A stretch of 64,000 nucleotides of DNA from a virus, in the IMG/VR virus record IMGVR_UViG_3300048892_000198, positions 32,001-96,000 of that record; one strand, written 5' to 3'. The notes below the pieces were generated by a model that saw nothing but the letters and a program-made list of their open reading frames with translations, did no database searches and had not been told where the DNA came from. This document shows positions 9,164 through 17,510 of this stretch, in pieces; position 1 is the stretch's first letter; every line of letters begins with the position of its first letter. The translations under genes and the position numbers were made by a program.

Positions 9164-9784
9164 TTAGGACTTCTTCCTCATCACCAAGTAGAGCGCGCCG
9201 CCGCCGACTGCGAGCGCCGCGAGCAGGCCCCAGTGACTGAATCCTCCGGCAGCTCCCTTCTGCGACACGATGGTGCCGCCGGGGATCGGAGCGGCGGGAG
9301 CCGCAGCCGGCGAAGAGCAACTGCAGATCGTGGCCGACAGTCCCCATTTCCCATTGAGCGCTTGCTTCGGTAGCCGCTCGCAGGTGTGCACCTGCCCAGG
9401 GGGGCACGAGTCGGGGCCTCCGCAGGGCAGCTGGGAGGCGACCGAGCAGGGATCGTTCGGGTCGATGGGGCTTGAGAGGATGGCGGGGGTACCACCGGAG
9501 CGCGAATTGCTCGCAGCGGCCTGCGCCGCGGCTTGCGCCGCCATCGACGCGATCGCCGATTGCGACATGGGCGCCGTCGGGGAAGGGGACGGACTCGAGG
9601 TCGGCGTGGCGTAACCGATGATCGAGCTCGGGTCGATTGAGCCGGTGATCGTGAAGCCGAGACCGCGGAGCCCCGCGACGCCCGTTGCCGCGTACCCGAA
9701 GCCCTTGACGGACGCGGCCTGCTGCAGTCGCGCGTTGCACGCGAGTTGCGCTTGCTTCCAGACTTGATTGTCGAGACAAGCCAT
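9164..9784 (-). CDS. Cys-rich C-terminally anchored membrane protein
   Basis: CLDNQVWKQAQLACN; LRGLGF motif; TM followed by RKKS. Confidence 0.8.
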   Translation of the reverse strand: MACLDNQVWKQAQLACNARLQQAASVKGFGYAATGVAGLRGLGFTITGSIDPSSIIGYATPTSSPSPSPTAPMSQSAIASMAAQAAAQAAASNSRSGGTPAILSSPIDPNDPCSVASQLPCGGPDSCPPGQVHTCERLPKQALNGKWGLSATICSCSSPAAAPAAPIPGGTIVSQKGAAGGFSHWGLLAALAVGGGALYLVMRKKS

Positions 9785-10506
9785 CAGGCAGCCGCTTTCG
9801 GTTTTTTGAAGGTCCTGTAAAGCGCGTAGCCGCCGACTGCGACCACGACCAGGATGAGCCCGTTGGAGAGCATGCCGGCGGATTTCTTCGTGGGCGTCGT
9901 CGTGATGGGCCCGGGAGATCCAGGCGTGATAGCAGGCACGGGAGCAGATGCGGGCGGCATCGGCTCGGGGCGTAGGTCGCCTGGCGGAGGACCCAGGACG
10001 GGCTGCGCAGGCGGGGTCGGCTGCGGACGCAAGGGCGCGATGGCGGGGAGAGCCGGCGGGCAGACTGGCAGCAGTGCCAGCGCGCAGGCGGAGCCAGTGG
10101 GATCGGCGCCGAGGCCGCGCACCGTTTGCGACATGGCGCTGCAGGTCTGCTGCCAGTTGTCGTGCTGGGCTTGCGAGACGCAGCCCGGGTAACCTGCAGG
10201 AGTGACCGCGCCCGCGGCCCGCGCCGCGGCGTTGGCCTGATCGAGCGCTCTCTGATTTTTGAGCTGCTGCTGCGTGCGCGCCACGAATGCCGCCGCGCGC
10301 GCTGCCTGCTCGGCCTTCCAGGCCGCGAGATCGCGCTGATAGCTCGCGAGCTGCGAAGCGTAGCCGGCGGCCGCGCCCGCGCTTTGAGCCGCGTAAGCTG
10401 CGACGGCGTTGTCGTGGCCCGCCTTCTCTTGCAGCCAGGCCGCGTGATCGGAGGCATAGTCGCCGAGCCCAGCGATCTTTCCGTGATAGGCGCGCGCGTA
10501 ACTCAT
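9784..10506 (-). CDS. Ala-rich, Pro-rich C-terminally anchored membrane protein
   Basis: IAGLGDY and VRGLGAD motifs; TM followed by FKKPK. Confidence 0.8.
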   Translation of the reverse strand: MSYARAYHGKIAGLGDYASDHAAWLQEKAGHDNAVAAYAAQSAGAAAGYASQLASYQRDLAAWKAEQAARAAAFVARTQQQLKNQRALDQANAAARAAGAVTPAGYPGCVSQAQHDNWQQTCSAMSQTVRGLGADPTGSACALALLPVCPPALPAIAPLRPQPTPPAQPVLGPPPGDLRPEPMPPASAPVPAITPGSPGPITTTPTKKSAGMLSNGLILVVVAVGGYALYRTFKKPKAAA

Positions 10507-11039
10507 CCTTCGATCCTCCAAATTTTGTGAGTCGTCACGCGACTGAGCATCGTTGCCTCGTCGGTGCCCGCGACCGGATCGCAGATGATCCAGCGCTGGC
10601 TCTTGGGCTCTTGCACCCGGCAGAAGACGTGAGCGAAGGAATTGGGGCGCCCGAATCCGACGGTGACGTACTCGATCTCGCGGCCAAGCTGGCGGCAGAG
10701 CGTGCCGACGAGGAGCGCGATCTCATCGCAGTCGGCGACGGCTTTTCCGTGCTGCACGATCTCTTCGCACATGCGCTCGGGATCTTGCACCTGCTCGACC
10801 GCAACGGCGTCGTTCGAGTACTTGACCTTTTCGGCGACGAAGTTTCTGACGGCCAAGATCTCCGACACGTAGTCCTTGGGCGCGATGTCCCGGACGATGT
10901 GATCCTTCAGCGACCGCACGAGCGTCGACTGCTCGCCGCGTGGGCCGACCGTCATCGAGATCATGAGCAGGATGGTGTCCTGCGGCCCATGGAAGGGTCG
11001 GATCGCGGTCGGTTGGGTAGCAGCGATGGCGGAGGGCAT
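10503..11039 (-). CDS. Transglutaminase-like cysteine protease/transglutaminase
   Basis: Catalytic triad motifs ADCDE (C), FAHVF (H), ICDP (D); preceding VKY..D...EQVQDP pattern is typical of the family. Confidence 0.85.
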   Translation of the reverse strand: MPSAIAATQPTAIRPFHGPQDTILLMISMTVGPRGEQSTLVRSLKDHIVRDIAPKDYVSEILAVRNFVAEKVKYSNDAVAVEQVQDPERMCEEIVQHGKAVADCDEIALLVGTLCRQLGREIEYVTVGFGRPNSFAHVFCRVQEPKSQRWIICDPVAGTDEATMLSRVTTHKIWRIEG

Positions 11040-11100
11040 GGGTCGGCCTACACGAGACCAACCTGAATCGCTCACACGCCGCGAACGGTCTGTATTTGGA

Positions 11101-11135
11101 AGCCTACCCGGGCCGGGGGATCCTCCGCAACTTTT
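11101..11135 (-). promoter_or_regulatory. Class-1 promoter AAAAG-TTGCGG-N18-TAGGCT driving the virion membrane-protein operon
   Basis: Intergenic; same motif and spacing recur upstream of other structural genes. Confidence 0.7.
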
Positions 11136-11153
11136 CGGGCCGAACTCCCGAAA

Positions 11154-11414
11154 CTACATGCTGAAGCGGGCATTCAGAGGCCATTTGGCCAGGTGGAAAT
11201 CGCAAAAGCGCGAGCGGCGCGGCTTATCGCAGCCCGATCCTGCGACCGGGCACTCACGCGCCTGCACGCGCGTGATCCAGAGCTCGAAGCCCTCTTCGGT
11301 GAGTTCTTGAGCGACGGCCTTGGAGTAGGCCTCGAAGAGCGGGACTTCCTCCTGCCAGAGGAGCGGCAGGCCCCGCCAGAGACGGCGAGCGATGGCTTCG
11401 TAGTCGATTGTCAA
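11154..11414 (-). CDS. Hypothetical protein with C-terminal Cys/His (Zn) motif
   Basis: TTG start coupled to upstream TGA; CPVAGSGC...FCDFH. Confidence 0.55.
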   Translation of the reverse strand: MTIDYEAIARRLWRGLPLLWQEEVPLFEAYSKAVAQELTEEGFELWITRVQARECPVAGSGCDKPRRSRFCDFHLAKWPLNARFSM

Positions 11415-11738
11415 GCGGGATCTTGTCCGCTCACGACGAGCTCGGTCTTGTACCAAACCCCATCCTTCACGAGACCGTCCGCGTCCACCCAGATCCCGCA
11501 GGCGTCTGGCTGGCCTTGGCACTTAGTATAAATCCCGAATTCTCCATCGGTGAGCCGGAGGAGAAGCGGATCTCTGGATTCGCCTGGGCGATAACGAAAC
11601 CCGGACGGTGTGGGCTTGGCTTGCCCCTGCACCCAACTGAGCAGGTCGCAAGGTCCACCCTTACCAGTCCCTGAGCGGAAGCCCACATCGGGGGCACATC
11701 AGCGCCGGGACCGGCTCGTAGCAGTCAAACATGCCCAT
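11411..11738 (-). pseudogene. Apparently frameshifted Zn-ribbon protein gene
   Basis: MGMFDCYEPVPALMCPRCGLPLRDW* continues in another frame as GKGGPCDLLSWVQG... Confidence 0.5.
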
Positions 11739-12058
11739 CTATCGGCGAAGCCCCTTCACTTCTTGCCGATGGGCGACAATCCTGCGCGTCAATCGATCTT
11801 GCGCTGTGGGAGGCGCAAGCGCCGCTAGCGGGCGCTCCTGCACGCGATAGCGGCCGAGTCCCCGGCGACGCTCACCTCGGTCTTTGTGATTCGTGTATTT
11901 TCCAAGCTCAACTTTCATGCCCATCAAAAAACTCCCCGAACCGAATCCTTTGTTTCATGCAGGATTTTACTCAAGGCCACGAGCCAGCCCTGAGCCGAAT
12001 ACACCATCTACCTGGGCTCTCCCCAAGTCAGCATCCGGACTCGGTCCGAGGAGATCTT

Positions 12059-14581
12059 TCATTTGAGCCGTTTTTTCAGCTCTTCGAAGAGCGCGCGGAG
12101 GTATTTCTTACCGTCACGGCGCAGGAATGGCGAATCTGGGTTTCCTGAGCGCTGAATAGCCAGGATCACGCGCTCGGCATCGGTGGAGCTCAAGAGGCCG
12201 GCGACGGTCTCTGCGCCAAAATTCTGAAACATCCCCGTCGCCAGATCGGGAACAGAGATGTTCGATTCGTAGGGCTCGAGCAATAGCTGCTCGGCCTGCA
12301 GGATCTGTTGGTCTTCTTCGAGCGCCCCTGGATCGATACCCTGCTGCGGGGGAGCCGTGGGCGCCGGCCCCATGGGCGGGGGCGGCGTGCTCGGTTGCGC
12401 CACCCTTGGCGGCGGCGCGCTCGGGGCAGGCGCAACGCGCGCCAGTTGTTGCATCTGGGGCGCGGGCTCGGGGGGAGGTGGCGGCACCGAGTAGCCCTGC
12501 GGGAAGTGCTGCACGGGCACTGGCATCGGCTGATGCTGCTGCGGGGGAGGCGGGGCTGGCACCACGTACTCGGGCTCCGGTTGCACCACGAAGGGATCCA
12601 TACCGGGGCTGATAGGCGCCGGGCCCACTTCCGACATGTGCCGCGGGACGAAGCCCGACTCGAGCGCGCGGCGACGATGCGCGGGTGGGAGGCCTGGAGC
12701 GACCAAGCCGTGAGAGGCCTGCTCGATCATTTCGTTGCGCCCCTGCTGGCGCGCGGCTTGGAGATCTTGAGCGCTCCGCTGCTTGAGCATTCCGCTGATG
12801 TTTTCGATGATGCTCGGCAGATTGCTGATGACGCCGCCTCCGGCTTTCATCAGCATCTGACTGATCGTTTCGGGCTCGGAGGAGCTCTCGGAAGCGTCGA
12901 TCATCCCGAACTCAGCTGCTTGCTCCTTGATCTTGGCGATCTTACCGACCACGTCTTTATTTTCTTCGGCGTCACGCTTGTAGCGCTCGACATCAGAGGC
13001 TGTGCGCTTGACCTCGCCGCGGGCGGTCTCGAGCCGCATCTCGTAGGAGGCCTTGAGCGACTCCATCGCCATCGCGTGCTGAGCCTTGAGCGAGTCCATG
13101 TCGCGCTGGTGGTTGCGCACCTCGGAGCTGAGTGCGATCTCGTGGTTGCGCGCTTCGGCGGCGGTGGCGGTCGTGTGCTGATGCTGCAGATCGCTCACGC
13201 GGCGATCGGCTTCGTCCTTGGCGCGCTGGATCTCGCGATCGGCACGCTCACGCAAGTCTCGCTCGAGTTGAGCCGAGCGATCGGAAAATTCTTTGATGCG
13301 AGCGTCGGCTCGAGCTTCCGCATCTCGGATGATTCGGTCGCCGCGGTCGCGCTCGTCCTTGATGCGCTGCTCGGCGCGATCGTGATCTTCTTTGCTCTGG
13401 CGATTGAGCCGGTCGAGCTCGCGGGCGTGATCGGCGCGCAGGGACTCGAGTGCTGCTGATGAGGCCCCCGGATCGCCTTGGAGATTTTTGCTGATGGCGA
13501 GGGCCGTATCGAGCTCGCTACGCTCAGGTTTTTTGGATGCAAATTTCTCTTCGAGATCTTTCTGCATCTGGCGCATCTCTTCTTGATGCTGGCGCTGCAT
13601 CTCGAGCGATTCGCGCCGAAACTCCGCCTGCGCGTCAGCGAGGGAGCGCGCCAGATCGGTGTTCTGCTTGGCGAGGGTGTTTTGCTCGCGCTCGCGATCC
13701 TTTTGCCGCTGCTCGTCACGCTCACGCTCGGCGTTTTTTCGCTTCTCTTCGCGTTCCTCGCGCGTGAGGGCCGCGTCGACTTCGATCTTGGCGACCTGGG
13801 CATCGGCGCTCGATACGGGGCGGCGGCTGTGGTGGAGTCCGGGCATGGTCTGGGTCATTTCGGCCTCGTCATCGTACACTTCACCTTCGAAACTGGGAAT
13901 ACCCGGAAACGTGACCGTCATGGGCTCGGTCAACGCCTTGGGAGGCACGCGGCCATCGGCGTTGAGCACGCCGCCGCGCTTAGGGGGACCGTAGACGATG
14001 AGCTTGTAGGTGCCGCCCCCATAGGTCGCCTGCCAATCGGCGAGCGTCATGGGTCCGGTGATGGGGCGCAAGATCCCAGCAACCTTGCGTCCACCGAAGA
14101 GCTTCGGATCTTTCCGCTCCACGTAGATGTACTGGTTGATGCCGTCGAGCGCGGGAAACATGCTGAAGAGATCGATCAGCGTCTCGGGCGCGGATAGGCT
14201 CGCCACGAAATCCGGCGGCGCGTCCTCGGTCGCGATGACCGGGCTGACGGTGATCCCCTCGCGCTTGTGGATGTCGGGCTCGGGGTGCGGCACTGCCTCG
14301 TCGCCGTCCGTGAAGAGCTCAATGCGAGAAGCGAGATCGGGCGCGGCGATCGGCTCTTCCTGCTCGGAGGAGGCGAGGGCTTGCAAGAATTCTGGGTGCG
14401 CTTCGGCTACCTCTGCGACCTCGCGAGATAGATGGCGCTGCGCTACCTCGTCGATCGACTTGGCGCGCTCCGCTACAGCCACCCGCACGGCGCGCACGAG
14501 CCGTTCGCCGCCGACTTCGATGGTGTCGGAGGTGTCGGGCACGAGGCGCCGCTTGGGCGGCGTAGCGGAAGGCTCGGGCAT
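12059..14581 (-). CDS. Large coiled-coil protein with Pro/Gln-rich linker (840 aa)
   Basis: Long E/R/Q/A heptad-rich central region; Pro-rich segment; globular ends. Confidence 0.85.
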   Translation of the reverse strand: MPEPSATPPKRRLVPDTSDTIEVGGERLVRAVRVAVAERAKSIDEVAQRHLSREVAEVAEAHPEFLQALASSEQEEPIAAPDLASRIELFTDGDEAVPHPEPDIHKREGITVSPVIATEDAPPDFVASLSAPETLIDLFSMFPALDGINQYIYVERKDPKLFGGRKVAGILRPITGPMTLADWQATYGGGTYKLIVYGPPKRGGVLNADGRVPPKALTEPMTVTFPGIPSFEGEVYDDEAEMTQTMPGLHHSRRPVSSADAQVAKIEVDAALTREEREEKRKNAERERDEQRQKDREREQNTLAKQNTDLARSLADAQAEFRRESLEMQRQHQEEMRQMQKDLEEKFASKKPERSELDTALAISKNLQGDPGASSAALESLRADHARELDRLNRQSKEDHDRAEQRIKDERDRGDRIIRDAEARADARIKEFSDRSAQLERDLRERADREIQRAKDEADRRVSDLQHQHTTATAAEARNHEIALSSEVRNHQRDMDSLKAQHAMAMESLKASYEMRLETARGEVKRTASDVERYKRDAEENKDVVGKIAKIKEQAAEFGMIDASESSSEPETISQMLMKAGGGVISNLPSIIENISGMLKQRSAQDLQAARQQGRNEMIEQASHGLVAPGLPPAHRRRALESGFVPRHMSEVGPAPISPGMDPFVVQPEPEYVVPAPPPPQQHQPMPVPVQHFPQGYSVPPPPPEPAPQMQQLARVAPAPSAPPPRVAQPSTPPPPMGPAPTAPPQQGIDPGALEEDQQILQAEQLLLEPYESNISVPDLATGMFQNFGAETVAGLLSSTDAERVILAIQRSGNPDSPFLRRDGKKYLRALFEELKKRLK

Positions 14582-15051
14582 CAGGTCTCGTCCGGATCGT
14601 CCTCTGGATCGAGCTCGGCCGTCACCTCGTCAATGAAGGCGATCGCCTCGTGCGCGCGCGCTTGGAGCGCAGCGAACTCTCCGCTCGATGCGGGGATCGC
14701 CGCAACCAGCGCCTCGATCGTCTCCTTCAGCCGAGCGGCGTCTTCTGGCATGAGCGTCGACTCGCCGCCGAGCGCTTCCTCGATCTCATCGAGCTTGGCG
14801 TCGACCTCGCCACCCCACTCGAAGTGTTCCTTGTGCGCGTCGAAGGCGTACTTCGACTGGTCGGCGAGGATCGAAAACATCTCCCCCACCTCAGTCGCGA
14901 GCGCCGCTGGATCATTGAGCGCGCCCGAGGTGAGCTTCTTCTTGAATGCTTCGTACGCATCGGAGGCGTCGCTCGCGAGTCCCCTGAGCAAGCTCAAGAC
15001 TTCGTCGGGTTCAGTAGGAGGGGCGGTGACTGCTGCTAATTTCGGGGCCAT
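14581..15051 (-). CDS. Acidic helical hypothetical protein
   Basis: Coupled by TGATG to the coiled-coil gene; good RBS. Confidence 0.8.
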   Translation of the reverse strand: MAPKLAAVTAPPTEPDEVLSLLRGLASDASDAYEAFKKKLTSGALNDPAALATEVGEMFSILADQSKYAFDAHKEHFEWGGEVDAKLDEIEEALGGESTLMPEDAARLKETIEALVAAIPASSGEFAALQARAHEAIAFIDEVTAELDPEDDPDET

Positions 15052-15075
15052 GTGTTCTCCGTTGTGGTGTTCGCA

Positions 15076-15819
15076 TTAACCGAGGATGCCGAGCGACTCG
15101 TGCTCGCGCTCGAGTGCGTCGTCGACATTGAAGCTGCCGGCGGCAACGCGCTCGTTCGCTTGCTGCACTTTGAGCGCATCGAAGTCATCCAAGATCTTCT
15201 CGGACTCGAGGTGGCGCGGACTCCGAAGGCTGCAGGCGAAGATCGCCGCGTCGCCGACCGAGTAGTACTCGCCCGTCTCGGACCTCATCGCCAAGCATGA
15301 GCGCGTGAGGAAGCGGCGAGTGCGGTCCGCGCTGATATCGGTCATCATGCGCAGGTAGTGCCCGCAAGCGGGGCGGATGGGCTCGACCTGCACGACGGTC
15401 GATAGCTGACCGTCGACCATTGCCTTCATGCTGCAGTGGCTGCCATACAGGAAGGTCGTGAAGTTTTCTCGGCTCTGGCCGCCTCCTACTTCTCGATCTG
15501 GGTAAGTCGCATTCACGGTCTGCATCAGCCGCGCCGTCGAGACGAAATACCGCCCGTCCGGCGCGCGCTGCACCTCCGCGGGCTCGAAGCTCACATAGAC
15601 CGACCCGTCGGAATTGCGGATCACGAAGCTCCGCTTGTCCTCCATGCACACAAGCGTGTCGACGGCGAGCGGCGGGGGTCGGTCCTCGTTGTCAGGCGCG
15701 ACCGGCACCGGGAGGCGATCGTTCGGGTCGATCCCGAAGGTGACCGGCACCTCCGACCCCTGATGGAGCTCATCATTGGGTTTGGGCGCCGTAAACTTCG
15801 AAAAGTCTTCTTCTGACAT
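15076..15819 (-). CDS. Hypothetical protein
   Basis: Protein-like ORF in operon; several Cys. Confidence 0.8.
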   Translation of the reverse strand: MSEEDFSKFTAPKPNDELHQGSEVPVTFGIDPNDRLPVPVAPDNEDRPPPLAVDTLVCMEDKRSFVIRNSDGSVYVSFEPAEVQRAPDGRYFVSTARLMQTVNATYPDREVGGGQSRENFTTFLYGSHCSMKAMVDGQLSTVVQVEPIRPACGHYLRMMTDISADRTRRFLTRSCLAMRSETGEYYSVGDAAIFACSLRSPRHLESEKILDDFDALKVQQANERVAAGSFNVDDALEREHESLGILG

Positions 15820-15822
15820 TTG

Positions 15823-16383
15823 TCAAGCTCTTTCAGTTGATCCTGTCGGACCAGGAACGTCTAGCTGTACCGGCAATGTGCCGTTGCGCGCTAACACCGG
15901 GGTTACGTGCCCCTCCACGTACTGTTCGTGGGTTTCCCGGATGATACTTGGCATCTCGATGTTTACCCCGCGCTTGGCGAGCTCCTGGTGCAGGTAAGCG
16001 ATCCCGCTCATCATGAGCACCTGGGCGTTACCGTGACCGATAGCCTGTTCGTCGTAGAGCTTCCAGGCTGTATCGCGCTCTTGCAGTATCCCTGCAATCG
16101 ATCGGCGATGCTCTTCGGCCCGACGCGCAAAATCTTCGCGCTCCCAGGTCGTGCGCTCGAGTTGTCGGGTGAGATCTTGAACCAGCACGGCCGCATCTTC
16201 GTGCTCGGCGAGCAACGCACGGAGCTCGGAATTGATCTCGTCGGCCGCCTCAAGTGCGCGGGTGTGGCGATCATTGGAGGCCTGAAGCTCCTTGACCTCA
16301 CCCCAGAACCGCCAAAACATGAGCGCCGCGCCGACTGCCATCGACGCGACAATAATCATGCCATAATGAACTGCTAGCCACAT
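15823..16383 (-). CDS. N-terminal TM plus coiled-coil protein
   Basis: Hydrophobic N-terminus followed by heptad-rich region. Confidence 0.75.
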   Translation of the reverse strand: MWLAVHYGMIIVASMAVGAALMFWRFWGEVKELQASNDRHTRALEAADEINSELRALLAEHEDAAVLVQDLTRQLERTTWEREDFARRAEEHRRSIAGILQERDTAWKLYDEQAIGHGNAQVLMMSGIAYLHQELAKRGVNIEMPSIIRETHEQYVEGHVTPVLARNGTLPVQLDVPGPTGSTERA

Positions 16384-16400
16384 TTGTCGATACTTCCTAG

Positions 16401-16416
16401 CGTTTCACGTGAAAAA
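16401..16416. promoter_or_regulatory. parS-like palindrome CGTTTCACGTGAAAAA
   Basis: 14/16 match to canonical TGTTTCACGTGAAACA; intergenic. Confidence 0.35.
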
Positions 16417-16674
16417 TCAGTCGAGCGCCTGGCCGGTCAGGGCCTTTTGCTCTTCGCGAAGGATGGCCTGACAGCGATCTTCGGCATCGGGCTCGTGCTC
16501 CCAGGCCTCTGGAATGAACAGCGCCACGACCTCGGTATCCACCTTCACCACCTCGAACGCCTCCGGCAGGTCCGAGCGCTTGATCTTGCCCACAAAGGCC
16601 ATCGCAATGTCTCCGCCCATGGCGAGCGCTTTGCGCGCTGCCACCCGGAACCGCGCCTCTTCCTCGCTCGTCAC
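16417..16674 (-). CDS. Hypothetical protein
   Basis: Coupled ORF in operon. Confidence 0.65.
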   Translation of the reverse strand: MTSEEEARFRVAARKALAMGGDIAMAFVGKIKRSDLPEAFEVVKVDTEVVALFIPEAWEHEPDAEDRCQAILREEQKALTGQALD

Positions 16675-17216
16675 TGGGCCTCCCCCGAAGCCCGGTAAAC
16701 GAGGCCTCCGGTCAGGGCAATGGCCACGGCCAGCACGCTTTTCTTGTCCTCGGTGTCGAGGGGCTCCGCAATGAACCGGTCACAGACCCGAAGCCAGCTT
16801 TCGCGATGGGCGGGCACGAGAACTTGTTGCATGCGGTGGTCAGTGACGGGCATCGTCGGGATCTGGAAGCGGCGAGCGAGGTGAGTAACCATCACACTCA
16901 CCGCGCGCACGTGTTCGGGGGGTTCTTTTGGATTGCATGGCGGCCCAATGGCGAGCGCTGCCCAAGGCTTTTTGGCCCTCCCGAACGGCACCAGGACCCG
17001 CTCGAAGACGACCTCCAAGATCAGGTGATGGACATACGCCTTTTTTGTGAGCTCGACCAGACCCTTGAGGAAACCTGCCTCATCGTCCCGCCCAGGGAGC
17101 TTGGGGCCAAGCAGCACGTCCTTGTCCAGGACAATGGCGGGCGCGGGCACGCGGGGAAACTCCAGCACCGCGTAGGTGAGCGCCTTGAGCCCAGGGGCGA
17201 CGCCGATGACGATCAT
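16671..17216 (-). CDS. RuvC-fold protein, catalytic acidic residues apparently lost
   Basis: MIVIGVAPGLKALTYAVL resembles RuvC MIILGIDPG...GYGVI; C-terminal helix SVLAVAIALT resembles DALAIA. Confidence 0.65.
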   Translation of the reverse strand: MIVIGVAPGLKALTYAVLEFPRVPAPAIVLDKDVLLGPKLPGRDDEAGFLKGLVELTKKAYVHHLILEVVFERVLVPFGRAKKPWAALAIGPPCNPKEPPEHVRAVSVMVTHLARRFQIPTMPVTDHRMQQVLVPAHRESWLRVCDRFIAEPLDTEDKKSVLAVAIALTGGLVYRASGEAQ

Positions 17217-17252
17217 TCAGCGCGCGGGGTCCCGGGTCATTGCTGGACCGTA

Positions 17253-17282
17253 AGCCTAGCGCCTGGAAACGCGAGTGGTCAA
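17253..17282 (-). promoter_or_regulatory. Class-1 promoter TTGACC-N18-TAGGCT; palindrome GTGGTCAACCAC overlaps the -35 element
   Basis: Intergenic, upstream of the RuvC-like gene. Confidence 0.6.
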
Positions 17283-17329
17283 CCACGAGTGGCAAAATTG
17301 TCCGATGGTAGGCCCCCACTCCCTAGCGT

Positions 17330-17506
17330 TCAAGCCGCCGCGCTCTTCATGCACCGCGCGCCGACACTGAGCAGGAAGGCCACGATGCGTTCCCCCTGGA
17401 GACAGGCCTCGCAGTATTGGTGCTCGCAGCCGCAGGGGGCCTGCACCGAGCGAAGGGCGCGAGCCGGGTGCGGCACCAGGCAGCAGTAGCAACGGGCGGT
17501 TTCCAT
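17330..17506 (-). CDS. Small Cys-rich (Zn finger) protein
   Basis: CYCC...CGCEHQYCEAC. Confidence 0.5.
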   Translation of the reverse strand: METARCYCCLVPHPARALRSVQAPCGCEHQYCEACLQGERIVAFLLSVGARCMKSAAA

Positions 17507-17510
17507 CCGT

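Noticed and set aside
8778-10457. 559-aa ORF as listed in the track, and similar long N-terminal extensions (5254..6243, 41189..42268, 60998..62344)
   Set aside because: Extensions overlap other real genes out of frame; only the 3' parts are protein-like, so starts were reassigned.
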